A stretch of 30,915 nt of DNA from Octopus sinensis (lineage: Eukaryota): positions 1-30,915 of the forward strand of contig NW_021832445.1 of NCBI RefSeq assembly GCF_006345805.1. The letters run 5' to 3'. The notes below the pieces were generated by a model, which did no database searches, was not told the origin of the DNA, and was given only the letters and a program-made list of their open reading frames with translations. Below are positions 10,071 through 20,280 of this stretch, piece by piece; position 1 is the stretch's first letter, and each line of letters opens with the position of its first letter. The translations under genes were made by a program, and so were the position numbers.

Positions 10071-10499
10071 GACAACGGATATATAGGAAGTTTCCACCTT
10101 CGCATGAAGTTCCAGATCAAATCGTTTGCGGCCAAAATTCGATTGCTTTGATGCAAAACATTTTAGCTCAGTTTAATCTTTTGGTCTTATTAGCAACTGA
10201 AATCACTGCCTCCTTTCTTACAGCATTGTTCTAACTCAATTTCGTTCGATACTGCTCTTATGCAATATGCCCATAAATAAAAAGATTAACCGACCATTAT
10301 ATATCATTGCAAATTTCATAACTTCCCTCTTCATTATTCTTTCTGTTCTCTTGGAAACTTGTGTGGGCTGCCAAATAATTTTTCCACTCGGCATTCTCTT
10401 TCTCCAAACAATCAACATGAACGTAAACTTATAGAGTAAATTAGCTTTAAATCCGCCTGTGCTTTTTCCACGATCTTTACAGTGGTTATAACTATGTCC

Positions 10500-10717
10500 G
10501 GTAAGTTCACCGTCAACAATTCACTGCAGGGAAAGTTCTCCGTCATCAATTCACCGTTTTATTTACTATATTTGTGTGTGTGTGTGTGTGTGTGTGTGTG
10601 GTTTCAATAAAATAGTTTTTAACTATTAATAGTGAGACACTATAGTTATATTTTCTCCGTAAACTTTCCTCGCAGTGAACTATCCGCACGGTGAACTTTC
10701 TTCACGATGAACTTACC
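10500..10717. mobile_element. Non-autonomous TIR element (MITE) with subterminal TTCACCG/CGGTGAA repeats and internal (TG)n
   Basis: GGTAAGTTCACCG (10500-10512) vs CGATGAACTTACC (10705-10717); subterminal TTCACTGCAGGGAAAGTT vs AACTTTCCTCGCAGTGAA. No convincing TSD; superfamily unassigned. Confidence 0.6.
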
Positions 10718-11584
10718 TGTAATCGATTATAATGGCAAGCATTTCCCTTCAAAATTTTGATAATTCTGACAAACCGAAGATTTTGAAGTCTATAAGGACA
10801 TAAGTTTGATTGCCACAAGAAATTGGTAACTTTATAATAGTTTCTTCTGTACGCACAGTTAAAGTTGTGTATATATGTGTGTGTGTGTATGTGCGCGTGT
10901 GTGTGTGTACGCGCGCGCACGCATATAGTAGTTTTTATAACAGCTTGGTATATTACCGCAACAGCGAAGTGCCGAGTCGCTATATGGTTTCTCAGTTTGC
11001 TAGAAATAGCAGTCGAATACCTCACAGATCGTAGCATTCTATCTAGGTGAAAAAAAAGGGGCACATTATATAATGTAATACTGGATACAGTCTGGAAATA
11101 AAATGATTGAGATGTTCATGACTAAAAATGCTTGAGACGTAGAGATGAGATGATGTTATATTCAAGGTTCTCCTTGATTTTCTTACAAGTAAAAACAAAA
11201 TTTCTAAAGCAGCTTAAATTATGTAAACCTACTGACTGATTTATTGTCTAATTAAACAAACTGAACTTTTACCTCTCACTTTGTTATAAACGCTCTTATC
11301 TAAGTAAATATATCACTTGCCTTCCCTAAGATATTCGAAATGACAAACTCTAGTGAGAGAGATAGTTATCTGACTACGATACCGGTAGGGTATCTTAGTC
11401 GTATATAGACATTCGCGCGTCTCTGTACAACGTAAGCAAAGAGACAGACGGACAGATCGACAGACAGACAGAGACAGAGAGTCAGAGACAGACATAAACA
11501 GAGACGGAGAAATGGGAATGGCTGAGACTAGAAAAGACAAAAAAGACAAAAAATATCGCGGAACAAATCTTGCAAGAAGCAGAT

Positions 11585-11623
11585 ATATATAATGTGTATA
11601 TGTATATATATGCATATGTATGC

Positions 11624-11719
<96 letters not shown>

Positions 11720-11805
11720 GTATTGTATATGTATTGTATATGTATACATATACGTATATGTATATATATATGTATATATGTATATGTATGTATATGTATA
11801 TATAA
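11585..11805. repeat. (TA)n-rich compound microsatellite
   Basis: Read directly; source of several spurious YI-rich ORFs. Confidence 0.95.
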
Positions 11806-12006
11806 GATCATCCTGTTAAACAAAAGAATCTTGACTATACAGGTGTGATTGTCACGGTTGGAATATCTGATTGTAGGTTTATTCTCTCTGTTAGACAACT
11901 TTGTCTAACAGAGAGCAAATAACAACCTGCTAGTTTTATACCAAAATACAATTAGCGTTGTAATCGCTATTGTTATTCACATCGTTTAGTTCCAAGTCAA
12001 TACCAA

Positions 12007-12226
12007 TTTCTTTACTACCCACAAGGGGCTAAACACAGAGAGGACAAACAAAGACAGACGAACGGATTAAGTCGATTATATCGACCCCAGTGCATAACTG
12101 GTACTTATTTAATCGACCCCGAAAGGATGAAAGGCAAAGTCGACCTCGGCGGAATTTGAACTCGGAACGTAGCGGCAGACGAAATACTGCTAAGCATTTC
12201 GCCCGGCGCGCTAACGATTCTGCCAG
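12007..12226 (-). mobile_element. Family-B SINE, near full length
   Basis: Head (reverse complement CTGGCAGAATCGTTAGCGCG…GAGTTCAAATTCCGCCGAGGTCGAC), Deu/Nin-like TTTGCCTTTCATCCTTTCGGGGTCG domain, and tail. Confidence 0.9.
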
Positions 12227-12377
12227 AACTAGGCCTATGATCAAAAGCGATCCGCGTATCATTCCTACATGTTTGTTATTTTCAATTGAAAATCTCCGAT
12301 GTATTTTAAATGTATTGAAGAAGAGGAATATAGGTGTAATCTGAGGGAGATATCTTTGCTATTTCTATTCAATATTG

Positions 12378-12576
12378 GTTTCAAAATTTGGCACAAGGCC
12401 AGTAATTCCAGGGATGAGTAGCTTGACTACATCGACCCCAGTACTTATTTTATCGACCCAGAAAGGATGAAAGGCAAAGTTGACCTCAGCGGAATTTGAA
12501 CTCAGAATATAAAAACAGACGAAATGCCGCTCAACACTTAGCCCGGCACGCTAACGGTTCTGCCAGCTTGCCGCCT
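12378..12576 (-). mobile_element. Family-B SINE with alternative 3' tail
   Basis: Same head and core; tail reads …GGCCTTGTGCCAAATTTTGAAACC on the minus strand. Confidence 0.8.
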
Positions 12577-12583
12577 ATATACC

Positions 12584-12815
12584 TATTTCTTTATTAACCA
12601 CAAGGGGTTAAACATATAGGGGACAAACAAGGACAGACATAGGTATTAAGTCGATTACATCGACCCCAGTGCGTAACTGGTACTTAATTTATCGACCTCG
12701 AAAGGATGAAAGGTAAAGTCGACCTCGGCGGAATTTGAACTCAGAACGTAACGGCAGACGAAATACGGCGACGCATTTCGCCCGGCGTGCTAACGGTTCT
12801 GCCAGCTCGCCGCCT
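12584..12815 (-). mobile_element. Family-B SINE, full length
   Basis: Reverse complement starts AGGCGGCGAGCTGGCAGAACCGTTAGCACG and contains the B-box-like GAGTTCAAATTCC. Confidence 0.9.
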
Positions 12816-14159
12816 TTTAAACTACAAAGATAAACTTGAGATGAATATTCCGTCTAGTTTCCATGTTAAAATTGTGCACATACCCGGTCCAATGCAAATT
12901 ATATTTTCAGTCTTCGTTCAGTTTCACAGGATATTCTCTAAAGCAAAAAAAATAATAATAATAAAACGAAAAAAAAAAACGAAAACTGAAGATAATTCAT
13001 AAAAAAAAACAACAAACATTACAGATTTCAAAGATGTCAATTATCAAAAAATAAACACAATTTGAATAATGATAACAAAATGAATTTATCATCATAAATG
13101 CAAATTCCGTGAAGTCACAGTATCAAGGTTTGGATACAAAAGCGACATCAGTTCATAGTAATTAGCGTAATTAAGAGGGAATGTATTGAGTGAATATTTT
13201 CTTTTCTCTCTTTTTTTTTTTAGCATTTTTAAATAGCAATTTTTAAACATTCTTTTTTATTTCTCATTGTTTTAATTATTTTCGTTTTATTTATAAAATC
13301 TTACGCATTATTTTGTAATAATTTTTCACTTTTTTTCTAAACAAAGTAAATCAATAATTTATAATCACCTACGGCAATTCCTCCTTTTATTTATTTATTT
13401 TTTTTATTACCACCAATAAGGAATTTTCTCAGATAAACAAAAGAATTCATTAACAATTATTCTTAACGTCTTTTCTAGCGAAAGAAAAAGCACGCACGTA
13501 TGTGTGGGTGCGTGTGAGTGTGAATGCGTAATGGAGAAGAAATAAAATTAAAAGAAAATCTATATACACATACATAAAAATTGTCGGAAAATTGGATAAA
13601 TTTCAATTCTCAAATGATTAATTAAATCATTTTTAAAAATCTTTAAGTCTTCGTGCTATCATTTTATTTGGTGGTATTTAAATTAGCATTTAATTTATGA
13701 ATTTATTTCTCTTGTCGTTGCTATTGTTTATATATGATTATTTATAATTTTCTTAACGTCTTTGCTGTTGAATTTGCTAATAAAAGAAAGGGAATCTGCT
13801 GCCGCATGTTGTGGAGAAATTAAATTGAGTATGAAGGAAAATACAATTAAAAATGCATGGGAATGAATTCATAGAATTAAAAAGTGTTATTCGTATACTA
13901 GACTACTTATGTTGTCGAAGTTGTAGGATATAATGCCTAAATATATAAGATTGTAGATATTTCCTCCCTCTCCCTTTATATATGTGTGTGTGTTTGTGTG
14001 TGTGTGTGTGCGTTTGCGTGAGTGAGTGTGTGTGTGTAAATACGTGTGGATGTGTATGTGCCTATGTGAGTATGTATGCATTATATATATTGCATATTTT
14101 TATTCATAAATAACTGAATATATATGTAGATATATGTGTGTATGTATATATATATATAT

Positions 14160-14483
14160 CACAGGCACAGTATAGGTGCGTGGTAAGAAGCTTGTTTCCT
14201 AACCACATGGTTCCGGCTTAAGTTCCGCTGCGTGGCGCCTTGGGCAAATGTTTCCTATTATAGTGTCAGGCCGACCGAAACCTTGTGAGTGGATTTGGTA
14301 GACAGAAACTGAAAGAAGCCCGTTGTATATACATACATACACACACACATACATACATACATACATGCATATATATATACATATCTTGACTATTGAGTAA
14401 TGTAACATTATTTTATAGATAAATTTCCTCTATTTACATAATATTGAGGTCTCTTTCTTTCTTTTGTTATCTTAGCGTTTTTA

Positions 14484-14578
<95 letters not shown>

Positions 14579-14760
14579 TGTATGTATGTATTTGTGTGTG
14601 TGATAATGCTTGTCCCTTCACCATCGCATGTTGGTGTGTTTACGTACCTGTAACTTTAGGCTTACAAAGAATAAGTCCTAGGGTCAATTTGTTCGACTAA
14701 AGGCGATGCTCCAGCATAGCTGCAGTCAAACGACTGAAACAAGTAAATGAATAAATGAAT
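14160..14760 (+). mobile_element. Family-A CORE-type SINE, full length, expanded by microsatellites and an inserted repeat fragment
   Basis: GTGGTAAGAAGCTTG…GGTTCCG…CCTTGGGCAAATG…GAAACTGAAAGAAGCCCG, then the tail to GACTGAAACAAGTAAATGAAT. Confidence 0.85.
14397..14487 (+). mobile_element. (TA)n-anchored repeat end, homologous (inverted) to 15652-15750
   Basis: GATAAATT(T)CCTCTATTTACATAATAT.GAGGTCTCTTTCTTTCTTTTGTT.TCTTA is present at both sites. Confidence 0.75.
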
Positions 14761-15269
14761 ATAAATACATAAATACACACGCAGACACACATATATATAT
14801 ATATATATATACATATATACGCATAAATACAGACACACAGAAACACACATATATCCATGCATACATAATACACAAATATATACATATACACATTCCCTTA
14901 CTTTATTTCCTGGTAGTCGACTGTGCTCGTCTGTGTAGCCTTCTCGACATACGCGGTATTTTATGAATGAAGGTGTTCCATACTGCTGCTCCCTTTGTAT
15001 ATGTTCTCATCGTGTAGTATAGGTTTACTGGAACTATAAGACGATTAACGTGGAAGTGCAGTTTTAATATCTATTCCATGCAAAACGATTTGCTTTGTTG
15101 TGCAATATTGCAGTCCTGTATTTACTGAAATAAAAAGACAGGCATGACTCTAAATAAATCATCTTAGCTGAAAATAAATGCTTTGTACATGGTTAATATG
15201 AATTCTTGTTCTATTTTAAATTCCCTCACGATCAAAATCCTACAAGCAGACTATAGTTGCTGCTCACAG

Positions 15270-15431
15270 CGAGGTTGTGTTGTAAGAAGCTTGCTTCCCA
15301 ACCACATGGTTCCGGATTCAGTCCCATTGCATGGTACCTTGGGCAAGTGTCTTCTACAATAGCCTCAGGCCGACCAAACCCTTGTGAGTGAATTTGGTAG
15401 ACAGAAACTGAAAGAAGCCCATCGTATATAT
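15270..15431 (+). mobile_element. Family-A SINE 5' half
   Basis: GTAAGAAGCTTGCTTCCCAACCACATGGTTCCGG…ACCTTGGGCAAGTGTCTTCTAC…GAAAGAAGCCC. Confidence 0.85.
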
Positions 15432-15565
15432 CGTTAGCGAATATAACACCGTTTATGTTTTCAAAATAAATTACCCAATGAAATTTAAATTATTGTTCGT
15501 CAAACTGGATTATGACAATTCGTAAATAACATGTATCACTACAATATTATTCCAGTCTTGATCAT

Positions 15566-15607
15566 AACTGTCCGAGAAACGGAAACGTGAAATTCTGAGT
15601 AACAGTT
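15566..15607 (+). ncRNA. Candidate minimal type-I hammerhead-like motif (degenerate core)
   Basis: Stem I AACTGT/ACAGTT; core CCGAGAA; stem II ACG-GAAA-CGT; GAAA; near-palindromic helix III ATTCTGAGT; GUA triplet. Confidence 0.4.
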
Positions 15608-15651
15608 TTTCGTGAGGTTTTTGCAGCTTTAATAAAGAAATATATATATAT

Positions 15652-15753
15652 AAATAGTAATGGTAAGACAACAAAAGAAAGAAAGAGACCTCGATATTAT
15701 GTAAATAGAGGAATTTATCTGTAAATGTAATAATTGTCACATATTACATTTAC

Positions 15754-15758
<5 letters not shown>
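15652..15758 (-). mobile_element. (TA)n-flanked repeat end, homologous to 14397-14487, ending in a 17-bp perfect hairpin
   Basis: Shared sequence as above; TATCTGTAAATGTAATA / TATTACATTTACAGATA. Confidence 0.7.
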
Positions 15759-15793
<35 letters not shown>

Positions 15794-15990
15794 CGGGGGA
15801 TGACCACTACGGGACAGCCTTTATGCTAGAAGTAGATCCGCTATGGTCATACCACTGAGAAAAGAATATGTTCTCAAGAAAATTTAGCAAACGCCAGAAC
15901 GTAAGCGAGCAAGGCAAATGAAAAGAAACAAAAATATAGATTAATCATAGACATGTTTCGCTGTCAACAGTTACGCAATTTTGGTAATTT

Positions 15991-16838
15991 CTAGGAAGTC
16001 GAGTGAACATGCGTAAGCTACTGTGTTGATTCACTTGGATGTAATGTAAAACTAGGATCGTTTTTTTAAGATTTTTTTGGGGAGGACAAAAGTCAAGTTG
16101 ATGGAACAAACATTACTCGTAAGCATTTCTGATTCAAGTGTTTCAGAAAAATGATTCAGGTCATTAGTGTTTGTAAGTCTAGTACTTACTCTACATATTA
16201 TATATGTGTCTGTGTTTGTCCCCCACCATCACTTGACAGCATATGTCAGTGTGTTTACGTCCCCGTAACTTAACAGTTCGGCAAAAGAGACCAGTAGAAT
16301 AAGTACTAGATTTACAAAGAATAAGTCCTGGAATCGATTTCTTCGACTAATGGCCGAGCTCCGGCTTGGCCACGGTCAAGTAACTGAAACAAGTAAAAGA
16401 GTAGTAGAATATAAAGTACTGCTTCTTTATTCATTATAATCCCAAGTTCTTGCTCAAACTGACATGTGTCACAATTACCGATCTTGTATAGAAAGGACAG
16501 CAAAATATTTATTTGAAAGAGGAACGTGTGAAAATATATATTCACTTAACATGTAGTTTTTAATCAGATCAGCTGTTCATAAATACTATAGTTTTGTAGA
16601 GATTTTTAATCTTCGATATATTGTGGTAGCATTAGAATGTTTTGTTCTTTTTTTACAAACACTAATGACCTGAATCATTTTTCTGAAAAAACTTGAATCA
16701 GAAATGTTTACGAGTAATGTTTGTTCCATCAACTTGACTTTTGTCCTCTAAAAAACATTTTACAAATACGATCCTAGTTTTACATTACGTCCAAGTGAGT
16801 CAACACAGTGGCTTACACATGTTCACTCGACTTCCTAG
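15991..16838. mobile_element. Long-TIR element or inverted duplication: 186-bp arms, about 475-bp spacer
   Basis: 15991-16176 is the reverse complement of 16653-16838 at roughly 90% identity (by eye); ATTT lies immediately outside both ends. Confidence 0.75.
16200..16402 (+). mobile_element. Family-A SINE 3' half inside the inverted-repeat spacer
   Basis: GTGTTTGTCCCCCACCATCACTTGACA…GTGTTTACGTCCCCGTAACTTA…CAAAGAATAAGTCCTGG…ACTGAAACAAGTAAAAGA. Confidence 0.85.
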
Positions 16839-17084
16839 ATTTAGCGGCAAAACCTTGCTCACATCACATCATGCGGTTTTAGACATACGAAAACTCATCA
16901 ACTAATGCAATCATAGATACACTATGGTTGAAAAAATATGAGTTCACTTTTGAGTTGCTTTTAATTAAATGTCCATTCGACGAGGGCTGCCAGCCACAAT
17001 GGCTATTAATCTCTTTTGGTCTGTATGGCGAACATTTGAAACATTTATATCCATCCATCCCTCCATCCATCCATCCTGCTTGCC

Positions 17085-17260
17085 ACCATCTATGCATCTA
17101 CATATGCATACATATATATAGACGACACACACACATATACACATATATACATACATACATACACGTATATAGTGAATTATATATACATATATATATGTAT
17201 GTATGTATGTATGTATATACATACATATATATATATACATACATATATACGTGAACGTGT

Positions 17261-17312
<52 letters not shown>

Positions 17313-17330
17313 CACAAAGAGGCACACACA
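17085..17330. repeat. Compound TA/CATA/TG microsatellite
   Basis: Read directly from the sequence. Confidence 0.9.
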
Positions 17331-17572
17331 CAGACACTCACATATTTAGAGTTTACAAACGAGAGAGAAATTATTCAATATAAAATGCAATGTAAATATT
17401 TATTGCACAACAGGTTTTCATTTACAGAGCCAGAAAATGTCTGAAGCCCACAGTTAAGCAAAACCTACAATGGACCATTGTTCTCATAGATGTCGCAGTG
17501 CTTTTGCTGCTCAGACAAAACACATAAACTTCATCCCTTTACCAAAAAAAAAACACCCACTAGACAAAATAC

Positions 17573-17728
17573 TTTTCGTCCATATTTACGTTCGGAGTTC
17601 AAATTCCGCCGAGTTCGATTGTGTATTCCATCGTTTCCAAGTCGATGGAAGAAGTACCAGTTGAACACTGAGATCGACTAATTCTCAACCCCCAAAACTT
17701 CAGGCCATGTATCTGAAGAAGAAAGGAT
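17573..17728 (+). mobile_element. Degenerate family-B SINE
   Basis: TTACGTTCGGAGTTCAAATTCCGCCGAG…AAGTACCAGTTGAACACTG…CCCCCAAAACTTCAGGCC…AGAAAGGAT. Confidence 0.7.
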
Positions 17729-19152
17729 AAATTTCCTCGTTAACATACTGCAGCATCTGGCCCAGGGACCTACTGTCTCCTAACTCACCTTCCTACAGCA
17801 TGGTACATACAACTCTACTGCCATGTACACAGAACTGACTGTCTTTGAAATCAATCGTATACTTTGTGTACACATCCAGTCCTTGCTCTTGTTTCTACGC
17901 CCAGTCGTTCTCCCTAGGTATTCAGACCCATAACTGTAGCCCTTGACAAGTACTACCATTCCAAGCCAGAGCAGACCTGAGGATAGTAGTAATTAAGGAG
18001 TAACTCTACTCTCTCCCAAATTTCTGAACATCTAAGCTGGAATCTCACAAGATGTAGTTTAATTTCTTGCCCAGAACAGCTATAATTTACCAAGAGAAAA
18101 TAGGCTGGGCACCATCATCATGATTATCATTTTAATGTTTTCCTTTCTTTTCCATGCAGGCACAGCCTTCACAAGTTTTTAATGTATCATGTCATTCTCA
18201 TCTGTTTGGCTTAATGTTTTTAAATCAGCTCCAATTGTTTCTCAATCCTTTCTGGGTTTACTACTATCATGGATACCTTGGACTACCAAACTTAGGGGGA
18301 AAAAAACAGTTCAGAGAGATCTCAATACTCAAGATGTTTCAATCTAATGATCAATGAATATTCTATTTGCTTTGCTCAAATTGAACAGGTAAAATTAATC
18401 ACTATTTTTAATCAGTACAATGATACCTCAGTGCTAGTACAATACTATCTGATACATAATACAGTCCTCTCACTCACTTTTTAAACTTAAATTTTGTACA
18501 TTCAGTTATAATGCTACCCGCGATTTAGATGTTCATGCTTTGCATTAAATTTCTTATATCATACACAGTTAAATATAGTATGTATATGAGTAGAAACATT
18601 CATTAACTGGTGATGAGTCTCATTGACTTTAGAATACTGGGAAAATTAAAGAGTTTTGGTACTAACACACTCTTGGATAGTGTTAATGATTGAAGTAAGG
18701 TGAAATTGTAAGAACTGAGAGTCAGAAGCTTACTTTTACTGTTTGAAATTTGCCTTTTAGAAAATTTTTAAAAAGTAAAGAAGAAATAAAAAAGACAGCA
18801 ATTAAAATGTATGAAGTATTTTGTTAGGCCTCCAAATTAGTTGGTTGTTTACAATAGTGGAATATAATGTGAACACCTGACAACTTATAACTTTTAAATC
18901 TTTATAAAACTCAGTGATATAACCTAGAAATGTTAGCTGGTTACTCTATTTCATTGCATACAAATTATTATAATAGCAACAAAATTGGAAAAGATTAAAT
19001 GTATGTCTATTCTGTCTTTAATAGTAGTCTAATGTTTTGTGTATGCGGAAATGGCTTCATATCTTTTCTTTGTTTATTAAATACTCTTTCTTCATTCATT
19101 GTCATGTTCCATATATGTCAGAATTGTGTATGTTGGCAACAGGGTCATCCTC

Positions 19153-19534
19153 TATCCTTTCAGCAATCAGATTACACTATCAAATGTAATGCTTTTTGTT
19201 CACGTCGTTTTAAATCAATCATGTATTGTGTCATAATTTCGAGATGTCAATGATGTGATTGCTTTATTTTAGGTTCCTTCCACAAATAGAGATCAACACT
19301 TCTTTACACAGCAGTCCTCTTCCACATGCATCACATGACCATGCCAGCACAGTCTCCTCTCCTGCATATTACATCTGCTGCCTCTTGTACCCAATTTTTC
19401 TCTTAAGACATTTCTGTTTCTTTTTAGAATGACATTGTAGTGTAGGTGAGAGAGGCCACATATGGCTGGTTTGAACAGAAAAGCAGGTTGAATATTTGAG
19501 CGAGATCAGGCTGGTTTGAATGCTAATGGGCTAA
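19153..19534. mobile_element. Decayed TTAA-type MITE-like repeat interrupted by an RTE fragment
   Basis: Degenerate termini (TATCCTTTCAGCAATC vs reverse complement TTAGCCCATTAGCATTC). The interior resembles, from memory, a common octopus TTAACCCTTTAGCATT…AATGCTAAAGGGTTAA repeat. Confidence 0.4.
19273..19415 (-). mobile_element. RTE-clade LINE ORF2 C-terminal fragment
   Basis: Minus-strand translation RNVLREKLGTRGSRCNMQERRLCWHGHVMHVEEDCCVKKC*SLFVEG matches the RTE RRLRW.GHV.R motif. Confidence 0.75.
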
Positions 19535-20280
19535 ACAATAACAGCCCTCAAGCCTTTCTTGTCATATTAAGACCCGAGGCATTTAAGCCAGGAGTTAGAG
19601 GGAAATTAGTACTCAAATTGTCAGAAAGAATATGTAGAAATGATCAAATAGTTAATGAGTTTGTTTCCCAACCCCACATTTCTGAATGAATGTTTTGAAC
19701 TAGGCTTGGGTTGACCAATACCTTATGAGTGAAATTCAGTACACATTAACATGTAAACTGGAAAATTAGCATATTCAAACAAAATATCTTGTAAATACGT
19801 ATTCTATCCAAATTGCATATATACTGGTTTATCAAAATCATTATTTTAAATACTGTGAATTAATGTTTGGCTTGTTGGAAACCTATAAATAATGATGATA
19901 TTGTTCACAAAATGCCTGAATTTAGAATACAAGAGGGAGATTTATCTCACATTCCTTTAAAGTTGTCAATTCTGATATTAAATATTAAATTCAATTAATC
20001 CTTGTAATTTGCTCGAAGATTTTAGCGTTTTTCACTTTTCTCATTTTATTCTTCATAGATGATAAATAATTTTATTTTTAGATACAATAACACATTACAA
20101 TGACACTAAATATATACAGACAAAACGCTGCACCAACCCCATAAAAAATACTGTTACCTCCATCAGCAGTTGAACATAAACATTATCAAAGCTATATACA
20201 TATCCTGTCCGATATTAAAAGCCAACCAAGTAAATAAATATTTATGCCAATAAACAGAATGTCCTCTATGTAAAGCAGCA

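Noticed and set aside
14902-15124. Minus-strand exon-like segment with a good acceptor (TCTTTTTATTTCAG) and donor (AAA|GTAAGG)
   Set aside because: Stops in all three frames and no supporting neighbouring exons; such signals are common by chance in AT-rich DNA.
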